Shown: positions 13,070 through 24,984 of the stretch, in pieces
Layout: each line of letters opens with the position of its first letter
Position numbering within the stretch: the first letter of the stretch is position 1
Source: Octopus sinensis
Lineage: Eukaryota
Length of the DNA stretch: 64,000 bases
Assembly (NCBI RefSeq): GCF_006345805.1
Contig: NC_043012.1
Span: 8,928,001 to 8,992,000, forward strand
Direction of reading: 5' to 3'
The notes under the pieces: model-generated
The model's input: the letters and a program-made list of their open reading frames with translations, nothing else
What the model was told of the DNA's origin: nothing
Database searches by the model: none
Position numbers and translations under genes: made by a program

Positions 13070-13112
13070 CCACTACAAATGTTTCATGTCTGCTCCGACA
13101 ATCTTCAGGTGG
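13070..13112 (-). ncRNA. Minimal type I hammerhead ribozyme (canonical C3:G8 core) in a solo pLTR-like repeat (about 12896-13130)
   Basis: Minus strand reads CCAC-CTGAAGA-T-TGTC-GGAGCA-GACA-T-GAAAC-ATTT-GTA|GTGG. Stem I is CCAC/GTGG, stem II is TGTC/GACA, both core boxes are present, and the cleavage triplet is GUA. Confidence 0.75.
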
Positions 13113-13149
13113 ATTTTCGATCTAAGAATAGCAATATTTTAAAATATAG

Positions 13150-13650
13150 TCTGATCTGGTAGTGTTTCTACAGCTGGATGCCCTTCCTAATGCCAACCAC
13201 TCCAAGACTGTAGTGGGTGCTTTTTACGTTCCACTGGCACAGGGGCCAGGCAACGAGCATGATCATCTGGTGCTTTTTTATGTGCCACCGGCATGGAAGC
13301 CAGTCAAGGTGGCACTAGCATTGGCCACATTCAGATGATGCTTTTTATGTGCCACCTGCACAGGGACCACATCTACAATTTCCATTTAATTTAGATTTTG
13401 ATGTACTTGACTCAATAGGTCTCCTCAAGCATGGCATGTCACCCTACGATCCAAGGTAGTTTTGAGTGGGCTGGTTATATATACGACACTGGTGTAAGTT
13501 ACAGCTGCGAGCTCATTTTATTTGCCAGGTCTTCTCAGTCACAGCATATCTCCAGAGGTCTCGGTCTTTTGTCATTGCCTCTGTGAGGCCCAACGTTCGA
13601 AGGTCATGCTTCACCACCCTATCGCATGTCTTCCTGGGTCTCCCTCTACC
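13150..13650 (-). mobile_element. RTE-clade LINE 3' fragment (ORF C-terminus plus 3' UTR)
   Basis: Minus-strand translation GRGRPRKTCDRVVKHDLRTLGLTEAMTKDRDLWRYAV is typical of an RTE ORF end. It continues into the GGCATTAGGAAGGGCATCCAGCTGTAGAAAC repeat. The same repeat, usually with a (GAT)n/(CAT)n tail, occurs at about 9703-9985, 11790-12210, 12630-12775, 21410-21880, 24740-24920, 26335-26590, 32675-33080, 36750-37000, 37735-37950, 40035-40240, 57875-58490 and 58750-58890. Confidence 0.75.
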
Positions 13651-13984
13651 AGGAAGAAATGAGATTATATATATCTATATATTGGGTCAGCTCATAAATA
13701 ATGTCGTTTTTTTTCATACTTCTTTTACTTTTCAAAATTAAGATAAACAAAGTTCTTTTTTAATCTAAATAATGATGAGGCATCAGGCCTGAAATTTGGG
13801 GAAGTGGGATAGTTCATTATATTGACCCCAGTGCTTCACTGGTACTTAATTTATCGACCCCGAAAGGACGAAAGGTAAAGTTGACCTCTGCAGAATTTGA
13901 ACTCAGAATGTGGTGCTGGTAAAATACCGCTAAGCATTTCGTCCTGGGTGCTAACGATTTTGTCAGCTCACTGCCTAATAATAT

Positions 13985-14720
13985 ATAATGATAATAATGA
14001 AATTATTCTGTAGTGTGCTCAGGTGCATTACAACTTATCAAAGGTGCATGTATAGTAAACACAACTATGTACAAATGTCAAGAAAGTGAACAGTGTAAGA
14101 GTCATGATATACATGTGTGCATGCATATGGAGTGGGGGACATATCAGGTATAGTGTTGGCAAATTTCAGAAAGCATGGAGGTTTTAAGGGATGCAATGTC
14201 TTGGCTGCTGACAACTGATGCAGGTAGTTTGTTCCATGCTTCAGCAACTATGAGTGTGAAAAAATGTTTCTTAAAGTCATGGGTGCTGTGCTGTTTCCTG
14301 ACTTTGTAGGTATACCCATGTATTTTAAACACATGGAATTCAAAAACGTGCTCAAGGTGGTTGTTGGCATGATGGTCAATAATTTTGTGAATGTTTACCA
14401 AGTCAGTTGCCAGATGTCAGAGCTTCAATGTATCCATGCCCAGGGAAGCAAGGCATTCAGAGTATGGTAGATGCCTGATGAAGGGGATTTGATTGGTTGC
14501 ACCTCTCTGAACAGTTTCCATGAAGTCAATGTTCTGAGAAAGATAGGGGTTCCAGACTGGTGATGCAAATTCCAAGTGTGGCTGCATCATAGCCATATAC
14601 AGCCTTAAATAGACAGCTGGAGAGCAGCTGACAAAGACCTTGCTGAGTGATGCTTGGACGCACTTGGTCTTCTCGACAATTTTAGAGATGTGCTTTGTCC
14701 AGCACAAATCGCTGCTGATA
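13985..14720 (-). mobile_element. CR1-like LINE, 5'-truncated 3' fragment
   Basis: ...WTKHISKIVEK...MQPHLEFASPVWNP...ETVQRGAT...HGYTYKV...FFTLIVAEAWNKLP. It is homologous to 47030-47720 and has a (TAA/TAT)-type tail at about 13985-14000. Confidence 0.85.
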
Positions 14721-14721
14721 G

Positions 14722-15480
14722 TATACTCTCCTTCATTTTCCACAATGCTCTTCCATCTATCTGGTAGGCTTCCAAAATTCACTTGTCCATGATGAAAACT
14801 ACTCCTCCAGTACTGTTCTGACCTTGTCTTGCAGAATTCATATTTTTTCTGTCCAAATGATTTTGAAGACTGTGGAATAAGTGATAATCAGATGGGGCAA
14901 TGTCCAGTGAATATAATGGGTGGGGCATCGTTTCCCATTGAAACTGCTCCAGCTTTTGGAATGTCATCCTCACTGTATGTAGCTGAGCATTGTCTTGGTG
15001 GAAGAACACCTTTCCTCTTGAAACCAAAGATGGTTGTTTTCCTTCTAGTGCTGACTGAAGCAACGCAAGCTTCTTGCAGTAGATCTTCTTGGTTTGGGTT
15101 TAAAAGTTCAAAGTGGACTAAACCTTTCATATCCTATCAAACAGGTAACAACAACTTACATGGGTGAAGACCTTCAGTTTGGAGTGATGGTGTTTTTTCT
15201 GTTCCTATCTCTATCTTTGGTGCTTGACATTTTTATAGAGAACCCATTTCTCATCACCAGTCACTATTCGGTCCAAAAAAGGTTCATTTGTGAGACATGA
15301 CAGCAAAGAAGAGCACACATTCGCTCTCTGTACATGATTAGACTTGGAAAGTTTGGGAGGAACCCATTAACACAATTTGCTGACTTTTCCAATGGCCCGC
15401 AGGTGTTGATGAATGGTTGAATGACCAAATCCAAGCTTCTCTGCTGGTTCCTCAACAATTACAATGGGATTTTGCTCCAC
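14722..15480 (-). mobile_element. Degenerate mariner transposase
   Basis: KGLVHFELL and VFFHQDNAQLH...PHPLYSLDIAPSDYHLFHSLQN mariner motifs, split across frames. Confidence 0.85.
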
Positions 15481-15880
15481 TAGTGTTTGCAAGACGTCTT
15501 TGTTGAGCTCTACAGATCTTTCAAGAGGTGGCTCATCCTCTTGGCTGTAGTTTCCAACTCAGAATTTCTGGGACCACCGTTGATACTGGCTTATGCTTAT
15601 TGTCCGATCTCCATATACTGCATTAATATTCCTCACACTTTCCGTTGTGTTGTTGCCTTTATTGAACTCATAAAACAAAATATGCCAAATATGCTCCTTT
15701 GTCACTTCCATTATAGCTTTGAAAAAATAACTGTTAAAATGAAACTGCAGTCTTCACAACTTGCATTATGAATATATTCAAGGTAAAATTACTACCTGCT
15801 TTTATAGCGAGTTAATGCAGGTAGTTTATCCCGTCCACTCTGACTTTATTTATGGGATGACCCAATTATACATATATATG

Positions 15881-15904
<24 letters not shown>

Positions 15905-15914
<10 letters not shown>

Positions 15915-16998
15915 TGTATGTATCTGTATTGGAACACTCCTTCTACACTCATATTGCTTAAGACATTTACTTAAAAAAAAAAAATTGACCGTTTCTTTGC
16001 CAAGGAAGTCTTCTATTAACCTTCTCTAGCTTTTGACTCACCCCAAAATATCCTGTTTCTGTTCATTCCTTTGCTACTACAATCGTCATCGTTTCTCTGA
16101 ACTCTATAACCCCCACCCCTGCCACTACCACCTCCCCCATCAATTTCACACCTTCTTTGATGAAGGCATTAACTCTCTAGCATTCAGGTCACTCTGTCAA
16201 ATTTAATGCGTATTCATTTACCTTATTTTGAATCAATCCTGCATTACCTTGTAGCTTTGAGATTTCAATGATATGATTGTTTATTATTAGAATGCTATTG
16301 TAGGGTAGGTGTGAGAGGCCAGATATATGTTTCTTTACTGCCCACAAGGGACTAAACATAGAGGGGACAAACAAGGACAGACAAAGGGATTAAGTCAATT
16401 ACATCGGCCCCAGTGCGTAACTGGTACTTTATTTATCGACCTCGAAAGGATGAAAGGCAAAGTTGACCTTGGCAGAGTTTGAACTCAGAACGTAATGACA
16501 GACGAAATACCGCTAAGCATTTTGCCCAGCGCACTAATGTTTCTGGCAGCTCGCCGCCTAGAGAGGCCAGATATAGCGAGCTTGGGCATAAGACAGGTAG
16601 AACATTTGGGCCTGGTATGGTCAGTTTAACCCTGTAGCATTGAAACTGGTCATAAAGTTCCGCCTGTTTTATGTTTAAGTCGGTTAGATCTGGCCTCTTA
16701 CACCTATGCTGCAATGTTATTCTAAACAATCGCATCGTCAAAATCCCAGAGCAGCAAGGCAGTGCATGATTGATTCAAGACAATGTGAAGAAATGACTAT
16801 TACATTTCACAAAATAATCCAAATGCTAAAGAATTAAATAACATTTCATTGTTATTGGTTACTGAAAATATAACTTACAATCTGTTAAGTGATTTGTTAA
16901 TCTGTTAGACTGGGTTCATTTTTGCATTAAGATCGGCATCCAACCATAGAAACCATGCCAAAGCAGACACTGGAGCACGATGCTGACCCCTGGCTTGT
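15905..16998 (+). repeat. Direct repeat copy 1 (about 1.1 kb), duplicated at 18510-19772
   Basis: Near-identical from GTATGTATCTG(T/C)ATTGGAACACTCC to GCTGACCCCTGGCTTGTTG in both copies. Confidence 0.9.
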
Positions 16999-17199
16999 TG
17001 TATAACAACAATATAGTAATAATAATAATAAATCAAATCGAAAATATATATATATATATATATAATATATATATATATAAATAAAAAAAATTTTTTTTTT
17101 TAAAATATATATATCTACATATATATATATACATATAGATATATATCTACATATATACATATATATAGCTATTTATTTATATTAGTTTATTTATCTGTG

Positions 17200-18180
17200 T
17201 ATTTATTATGTTTTCAGGATCCTCTATTGTCATATGTTGTGGTGTGTGTTAGTGCTCCATTCTAGTTTCTATTCAGGCTAGGTTTATTTTCTATTATGTC
17301 TGTAGCTTCTGTAATTTGTCTAATTGTTGCATCTGATCTATGTGTGGATAATATTTTAATTTCTATGTTATTGATTGATCCCCCGTGTTCCTGTTCAGCG
17401 TGTTGGTACAGAATCGATGAGCTTTTACCTTCCTTGAGTTGTCTCCAATGCTCATTTACCTGCTCTCCTATGCTTCTTGCCGTTTCCCCTACGTATGTCG
17501 TTGTCTTGTTACTGCATTGTCCCTCTATACATCTTATACTATAGACTACATTTCTGGCTTTACAGTTTGTTTGTGGGCTAAATCTACATACAGTACAGTA
17601 CTTATCCGTACAGGGGGTTCTACAAAAAGGATAGGTTCTACCAATTATAGATTTGATAGGGTTGCCTGGCTTTTTTCAACAACCTTAATTCTTAGCTTAA
17701 TTTTGTCTAGGGTCCTTCTAAAGTGGTACGCCAGTTCACCTCCAGGGTGGTGTCAACGAACATGACACTCTGGTATTTATGGCTATCATACCAAGAGTTG
17801 GCCTTCCCTATTTTCTTTTTTGTCCTTTCTATAGTGTTCCATGACTTGTTCCTATAGAGTGGGCAAATCCCATTCCTATCATTACATAATATATTATCAA
17901 ATTTCTTAATGGCTCCTTTGTATACTCTGATCCTTTCTTTATGGCTGTAACCTGAGAACTGCATGCAGTGAATGAAATATTGTATGTGACTCTGTAGGCT
18001 CGCACATGCGTGACACATTTCTCATTATTCTGACGAGGACTCCCATCAAAATATTGAATTTGGCATTGTCCGCAATGGCTGAGTTCCGGTGGATCAAGTA
18101 TTTTGAGGCCATAGGTTTGGCATAGTATGAATGAAGGATTTGGGTTTTATTATTCACATTTTCTAGCCAGAGTTCGGTGT
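17200..18180 (-). mobile_element. Degenerate Penelope-like element fragment (RT thumb plus GIY-YIG endonuclease), flanked by (TA)-rich microsatellites
   Basis: HSYYAKPMASKYLIHRNSAI...NILMGVLVRIMRNVS, SGYSHKERIRVYKGA...GICPLYRNK and VVYSIRCIEGQC...YVGETARSIGEQVNEH...LYQHA. These align by eye with the C-terminal third of the 42948-46037 ORF. TA tracts at about 17040-17170 and 18185-18440. Confidence 0.9.
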
Positions 18181-18385
18181 CTAGTATGTATATATATTAT
18201 ATATATTATATATATATATATAATATATATATATATATACGTATATATATACGATATATATATATATATATATTATATATATTATATATATTATATATAT
18301 ATATATATATATATGAATATATACATATAAATATATACACATAAATATATACATATAATATATACATATAAATATATACATATAA

Positions 18386-18430
<45 letters not shown>

Positions 18431-18509
18431 ATATATATATATCATCATCGTTTAACGTTCGTTTTCCATGCTAGCATGGGTTGGACAGTTATATATATAT
18501 ATATACACA

Positions 18510-19772
18510 CACACAGGTATGTATCTGCATTGGAACACTCCTTCTACACTCACATTACTTAAAACATTGACTTAAAAAAAAAAAATTGTCCTTTTCTTTG
18601 CCAAGGAAGTCTTCTATTAACCTTCTCTAGCTTTTGACTCACCCCCAAAATATCCTGTTTCTGTTCATTCCTTTGCTACTACAATCGTCATCGTTTCTCT
18701 GAACTTTATAACCCCCACCCCTGCCACTACCACCTCCCCCATCAATTTCACACCTTCTTTAATGAAGGCGTTAACTCTCTAGCATTCAGGTTACTCTGTC
18801 AAATTTAATGCGTATTCATTTACCTTATTTTGAATCAATCCTGCATTACCTGGTAGCTTTGAGATTTCAATGATATGATTGTTTATTATTAGAATGCTAT
18901 TGTAGGGTAGGTGTAAGATGCCAGATATATATTTCTTTACTGCCCACAAGGGGCTAAACAAGGACAGACAAAGGGATTAAGTCGATTACATTAGCATCAG
19001 TGTGTAACTGGTACTTAATTTATCAGCCCCGAAAGGATGAAAGGCAAAGTTGACCATGGGGGAATTTGAACTCAGAACGTAAAGACAGATGAAATACCTA
19101 TTTCTTTACTACCCACAAGGGGATAAACCCAGAGAGGACAAACAAGGACAGACAAACGGATTTAGTTGATTATATCGACCCCAGTGCGTTAACTGGTACT
19201 TAATTTATCGACCCCGAAAGGATGAAAGGCAAAGTTGACCTCGGCGGTGTTTGAACTCAGACCGTAATGACAGACGAAATACCGCTAAGCATTTCGCCCA
19301 GCGCACTAACGTTTCTGCCAGCTCGCCGCCTAGAGATGCCAGATATAGCCAGCTTGGGCATAAGACAGGTAGAACATTTGGACCTGGTATGGTCAGTTTA
19401 ACCATGTAGCATTGAAACTGGTCATAATGTTCCACCTGTTTTATGTTTAAGTCGGTTAGATCTGGCCTCTTACACCTATGCTGCAATGTTTTTCTAAACA
19501 ATCGCATCATCAAAATCCCAGAGCAGCAAGGCAGTGCATGATTGCTTCAAGACAATGTGAAGAAATGACTATTACATTTCACAAAATAATCTGAATGCTA
19601 AAGAATTAAATAACATTTCATTGTTATTGGTTACTGAAAATATAACTTACAATCTGTTAAGTGATTTGTTAATCTGTTAGACTGGGTTCATTTTTGCATT
19701 AAGATCGGCATCCAACCATAGAAACCATGCCAAAGCAGACACTGGAGCTCAATGCTGACCCCTGGCTTGTTG
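18510..19772 (+). repeat. Direct repeat copy 2 (about 1.26 kb, with an extra SINE-B segment)
   Basis: Matches 15905-16998, plus an extra ~170-bp partial SINE B unit at about 19010-19190. Confidence 0.9.
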
Positions 19773-22700
19773 GATCCTATCGAGCTATCCAACTAATACT
19801 AGTAGACGTATTCGACTACTGCCCACCCACAAAAGTTCAAGCCTTGTGCCTATAGTAGAAAGGGTTATTAGTGAGAATGGTGGACTGGTTTCACTGTGTT
19901 TCTTTTGAGTTCAACTTTACAATTCATTTCTCTGGAGATGATAAAATAAAGAACTAAAGTAGTTGTAATCAAATATGTCTCCTTTGAAATAGTTGGCCTT
20001 GAACTAAACTTTGAAAGAAGTATTTATAATTCAAGCCATATCAGAGAAAGCATCTGTCTTACTTCTTCTAAATAGCCTGGAAACAAAACCAAAACATTTC
20101 TGTCAAATATTAACTTTCAGTTTTCACAAACCATTGTGATATCTTATACTGGCATGAGAACTTGTATTTATAAGTGAAATTATATGCGGTGGCTTTCATT
20201 TTTCCAAGGTCTTTATTGATGAAGGATAACTACCTTTTCCCTGATCAGTGATGCATTTCAATGGATGATAAACTCTGCTGATTTTATAGAGTGAAAGGCA
20301 TTAGCAGAATAAGTAAGAATCAAAGCTGGTAATAGATACAATTTATTTAGCATTAACTGCAATTGAAACATGCAACCGAGATCCATATACACTAAAACGC
20401 TTACCTCATTTAATGACATAACTGAAATAAGATGTTACACTAGGTTCCTTACTGTCACAATGACTGTTACTAGAGGCAGTTATAGTACTTTAGTTACTTT
20501 TACACAGACTTGACATAATGGTTTCAAAATTTGATTACACCAACCCTGTGCTCAACTGTTACTTATTTTATCAACTTCCAAAAGAATGAAAGGTAAAGTT
20601 GACTGTGGTAGAATTTGAACCCAGAATGTAAAGACAGACAAAATGCCACCAAGCACTTTACCTCGTGTGCTAATGATTCTTATTTGTTTACTACCCACAA
20701 GGGGCTAAACATAGAGGAGACAAACAAGGACAGACAAAGGGATTAAGTCGATTACATCGACCCCAGTATGTAACTGGTACTTAATTTATCGACCCCGAAA
20801 GGATGAAAGGCGAAGTAGACCTCGGCAGAATTTGAACTCAGAACGTAACGGCAGACGAAATTCCGCTAAGCATTTCGCCCGGTGTGCTAACGTTTCAGCC
20901 AGCTTGCCACCTCATGTGCTAATGACTCTGCCAGCTCACTGCTTTACACAGACTTATAAAACTTGATCACAATTACTGTTATTTTTGTCAATCATAGTCA
21001 CAAGTTGCAACAGAAGGAATGGGACAAGCTACTACCTCATTATTGCAAGCCAGTTGTTCATGAAATGCAGTATAAAATAATATTTAAATATATTACTGAT
21101 GATATTAATTGTAAGAGTACAGAAGCGAGGTTTGATGGAACAAGTAAAGGATGTGGGGCTACAGCAACCCAAGGGTAAACTGAATCCTCCAATGGTAGAC
21201 TAACAAGTTGAACAATTAATCCTTTTGCATTTAAACCAGCCATATCCAACCCGAATATTCTACTTGTCTTATGTTCAAACCAGCCACACCTGGCCTTTCA
21301 CACTTACCAGGCCACTCTAAAAATAAACAGTTACATCATCAAAATCTCAAAGCTACAAGACAATGCATGATGAACTCAAACCAATGTGAATAAATATTAC
21401 ATTTAATGTCCGCTTTCCATGCTAGCATGGGTTGGAAGATTTGACTGAGGACTGGCGAACCAGACTCCAATCTGATCTGACAATGTTTCTACAGCTGGAT
21501 GCCCTCCCTAACGCCAACCACTCCGAGGGTGTAGTGGGTGCTTTTACGTGCCACTGGCATGAGGGCAAGTTTGGTGGTACTGGCAACGGCCATGTCCAAA
21601 TGGTGCTTTTTATGTGCCACCTGCACAGGAGCCAGTCCAGCGGCACTGGTGACGACCTCGCTTGAATGTTTCACGTGCCACCAGCACAAGTGCTAGAAAG
21701 GTGACGCGGTAACGATCACGCTCGAATGGTGTGTTTAATGTGCCATCGGCACGAAGGCCAGCTCGTTGCTCTGGCAATGATCTCACTCGTATGGTACTCT
21801 TAGCACACCACTAGCAATGGATACCAGTCAGCGAGTTTGATTTCGACTTCGATTTCACTTGCCTCAACTGGTCTTCCTGAATGCTAAAGGGTTAAGACAT
21901 TCTTCACAATGGAGAAGTCTCCCAAGTTGTGAAAGGATTTTATGGAGTTGTTGGTGAGTGGATCAGCTGGCAGTGATTCTGAAACTGATAAATGCCAGAA
22001 GCCAGCTTCAAGTATTTGCAGCTTCCATCCCTATCAATAGCTAAGACATTGGAGGAATGTAAACACATCAACACCAGTCATGAGGGACAAACACAGACAT
22101 ATATGACAGTCTTCTTTCAGCTTCTATCTACCAAATCCACTCACAAGGATTTGGATGGCCTGAGGCTATAGTAGAAGACACCTGCCCAAGGTACCACGCA
22201 GCAGGAGTGAACCTGAAACCATGTGGTTGGGAAGCGAACTTCTTACCACACAGCCATGCTTGCACATATAACTACAATTTTTGTTTCTTCATTAGGAATT
22301 TGGACGAATTGAAAACGTTCTTAATTTTATCAAAGATGGCAGTTTGGTAGAATTATTCGAAGGTTGAATTCAATGACTAACAATATTTTTCCCTCTGCCC
22401 TGAGTTCGACCCAACAAACCCTAAGTCAACTGTCTTTTGCCCTTTTAAGACTGTAAAGAAAAAAAAAAAATCCTACCAACCTAGGATGGTGAATTGACAG
22501 AATTGCAAGAATGATGGTCTTGTGGTATTTTTCAGATCCTTCGCGTTCTGAGTTCAAATATTGCTATGGCCTACTTGGATGGCAGATTTAAATTCTCACT
22601 ATTTTTGACATCATCACCAGGCACCCTGGGGTACCTTTAATTAGCAGAGTTCATTCTGTTGCCAACATTCAGGTGAGGAGAATAATTTAAGCGTTCCTTC

Positions 22701-22855
22701 CTCTGTCCTTCTTGCTAAAATGTCTTGGAGGCATTGCAGAAGCTGATTAGCAGTTTTCACTTCTGACAATGTGGAAAAAAAAAAAAAAAGATAAAGAAAG
22801 CCCTCCTCACAGTAGCCTCCCCTCCATAGGAAACTGCTGAGCTCGCTCACTAGTT

Positions 22856-23239
22856 GGATCTTTTCGGATTGAACGGCAGTTTTTTAATATAATTTCCACG
22901 TAACTAAACACTTTTAAACTTCGTATACTGGTAGAATGTGTTTATAAAACATCTTTTTCTCTTGGCTTTATTGAGAAAATTCTATAGTTTGTAAGATATT
23001 TGTTGTTTTTTTCTTCAATTTCAACCAATCAGTGACGTCTATTGAGTTAAAAAGCATTCTGTGCCGTATGAATATGTCCCTCGTTTAAGAAACAGATTGG
23101 GTTTATTTACATTTGTGAAGAAAAAAAAAGATACCCTTCCCCCACCCCTAACCCTAAAAGAGATTGAAATGCAATAATTATAGGTGACAATTTCATATGA
23201 CACCGCTAGAAAAAACTGCCGTTCAAACCGAAAAGATCC
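22856..23239 (+). mobile_element. MITE with ~30-bp GGATC... TIRs, copy 2
   Basis: Left TIR GGATCTTTTCGGATTGAACGGCAGTTTTTT and right TIR AAAAAACTGCCGTTCAAACCGAAAAGATCC. The flanks CACTAGTT / CATCTAGT resemble a decayed TSD. Confidence 0.85.
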
Positions 23240-24703
23240 CATCTAGTTTACCTCAGGTACTTTCAGAAATAAGAATTTTAAATATAAATTCAGTACAATT
23301 CTGTGTTTTAATATGGAGAAAATAAGCCAAAAAATCACCTCGCAGCGCCACCTATCCAAACTGTAAGATTCAAGCATTTCAGAATGACTATCTCCTCTTC
23401 AGTCACAGAGTATGCCGCGAGTAGATAAGAGATTGAGTGTCTCTCTTATGGTATTCAGTGCTTTTGCTCAAAGATACCAAACTAATACATGTAATGGTGT
23501 ATTCATTAAAACAGACTAAGGGAGATAACTCTAGTTATCAGTGAGGAATGTAACAGACGTCGATTAATTTTACTTTTACATTTAATATTTTTGGATTTTA
23601 ACCACAATCTTCTCTCGCCACCAGAAAACGAAATCGAAATTAACCAGTTTAGAGATTTTAAAAATATTCTTATGAAAGTTCGCCGCAAGAACTTAGTGAA
23701 AATAGTGATACGGCTAGATTAAATAGGAGAGCATTTAAAATTCAGTAATTTAACAATGATGCCATTAAGTTATTGTTTAACACTTGAACTAATCAGTTAA
23801 GTAGGCAATTTATAGAGAGAGTTTGAAATAAGGTATTTTAATGCACAAAAACTACTGCTTTATTAAATCTCTCGTGTAAACTAATTCCAGATCCTTACAT
23901 AAAGATCAGACTTGAAGGGTTTGCCAATGTCCTAGAGTAAAGGTTCTCAACCCATTTTGGCCAAACGCCCCCTTTTGTCCCTTGGAGTCACAAATGACCC
24001 CCCCCCCCCACAAAATATTTATTTTTCAATATACTACTTATTTTGATGTCAGCAGATAATGATTAAAAAATAAAGGATGTCGTTTTACATATGCACTTGC
24101 ACGCAATCGGGAATACAAACTGAAATGAAAAAAAAAACCCCCCCGAAATAAATGGTCTTATGAATGAAAGTTTGGTAATTGCGTTTATTTACACCATGCG
24201 ACACTTATGAGACCAACGTGTTGTCTATCAAAAGAGTGCTCTTTGGTACAAGTAAATGCCAATGAAATCATTTCAAACCTTTCCGATTTCCCTTATCAAA
24301 AGGGCTAGAACTTGTGCAACAATCTGACAAGTTATTGTCACCCCGGAAGAGGATTTCTTATGCTCAAGAAAGGGAGTGTATTTGATAGAAATTGTTGAAA
24401 TACATATGTATTTTAGATGAGTAGCAAATTGTGGAAGAAGGTATTCACTGCGCTTGGATCTAGTCAGTTTGAGTCACAAAATCAGCTGCCTTTTAAAATG
24501 AAGTAAAAAAATCTGAAAATTTGTCATATTAAACATTCATTTCTTATTCAGGTAGTCCTTCAGTATGGAAGATTTAAAACAGTAAATAAAAATTAAAGGG
24601 AAAATAAATAAGCCAACTTACTGTTGAACAGACACTGGATATAGCAACCAAAAAGTGAACAAATGTCTTTATTTTCTCTGTGTGTGTGTATGCATATATA
24701 TAA

Positions 24704-24739
<36 letters not shown>

Positions 24740-24920
24740 CGTGCCGGCGGCACGTAAAATCACCCACTACACTCAAGGAGTGGTTGGCGTTAGGAAGGGC
24801 ATCCAGCTGTAGAAACTCTGCCAGATCAGATTGGTGTCTGGTGCAGCCATCTGGTTCGCCAGACCCCAGTCAAATCGTCCAACCCATGCTAGCATGGAAA
24901 GCGGACGTTAAACGATGATG

Positions 24921-24984
<64 letters not shown>

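Noticed and set aside
16433-16741. Repeated 102-aa ORF (also 19205-19513)
   Set aside because: Runs through a SINE B and a MITE fragment inside the 1.1-kb duplication. It recurs because of the duplication, not because of coding conservation.
18127-18381. I/Y-rich ORFs (also at 8119, 12739, 16927 and 42076-42900)
   Set aside because: Translations of (TA)n and (TG)n microsatellites.
20405-20421. 17-nt microexon candidate (TTTCAG|TTATGTCATTAAATGAG|GTAAGC, minus strand)
   Set aside because: The splice sites are good, but no phase-compatible open neighbouring exon was found.
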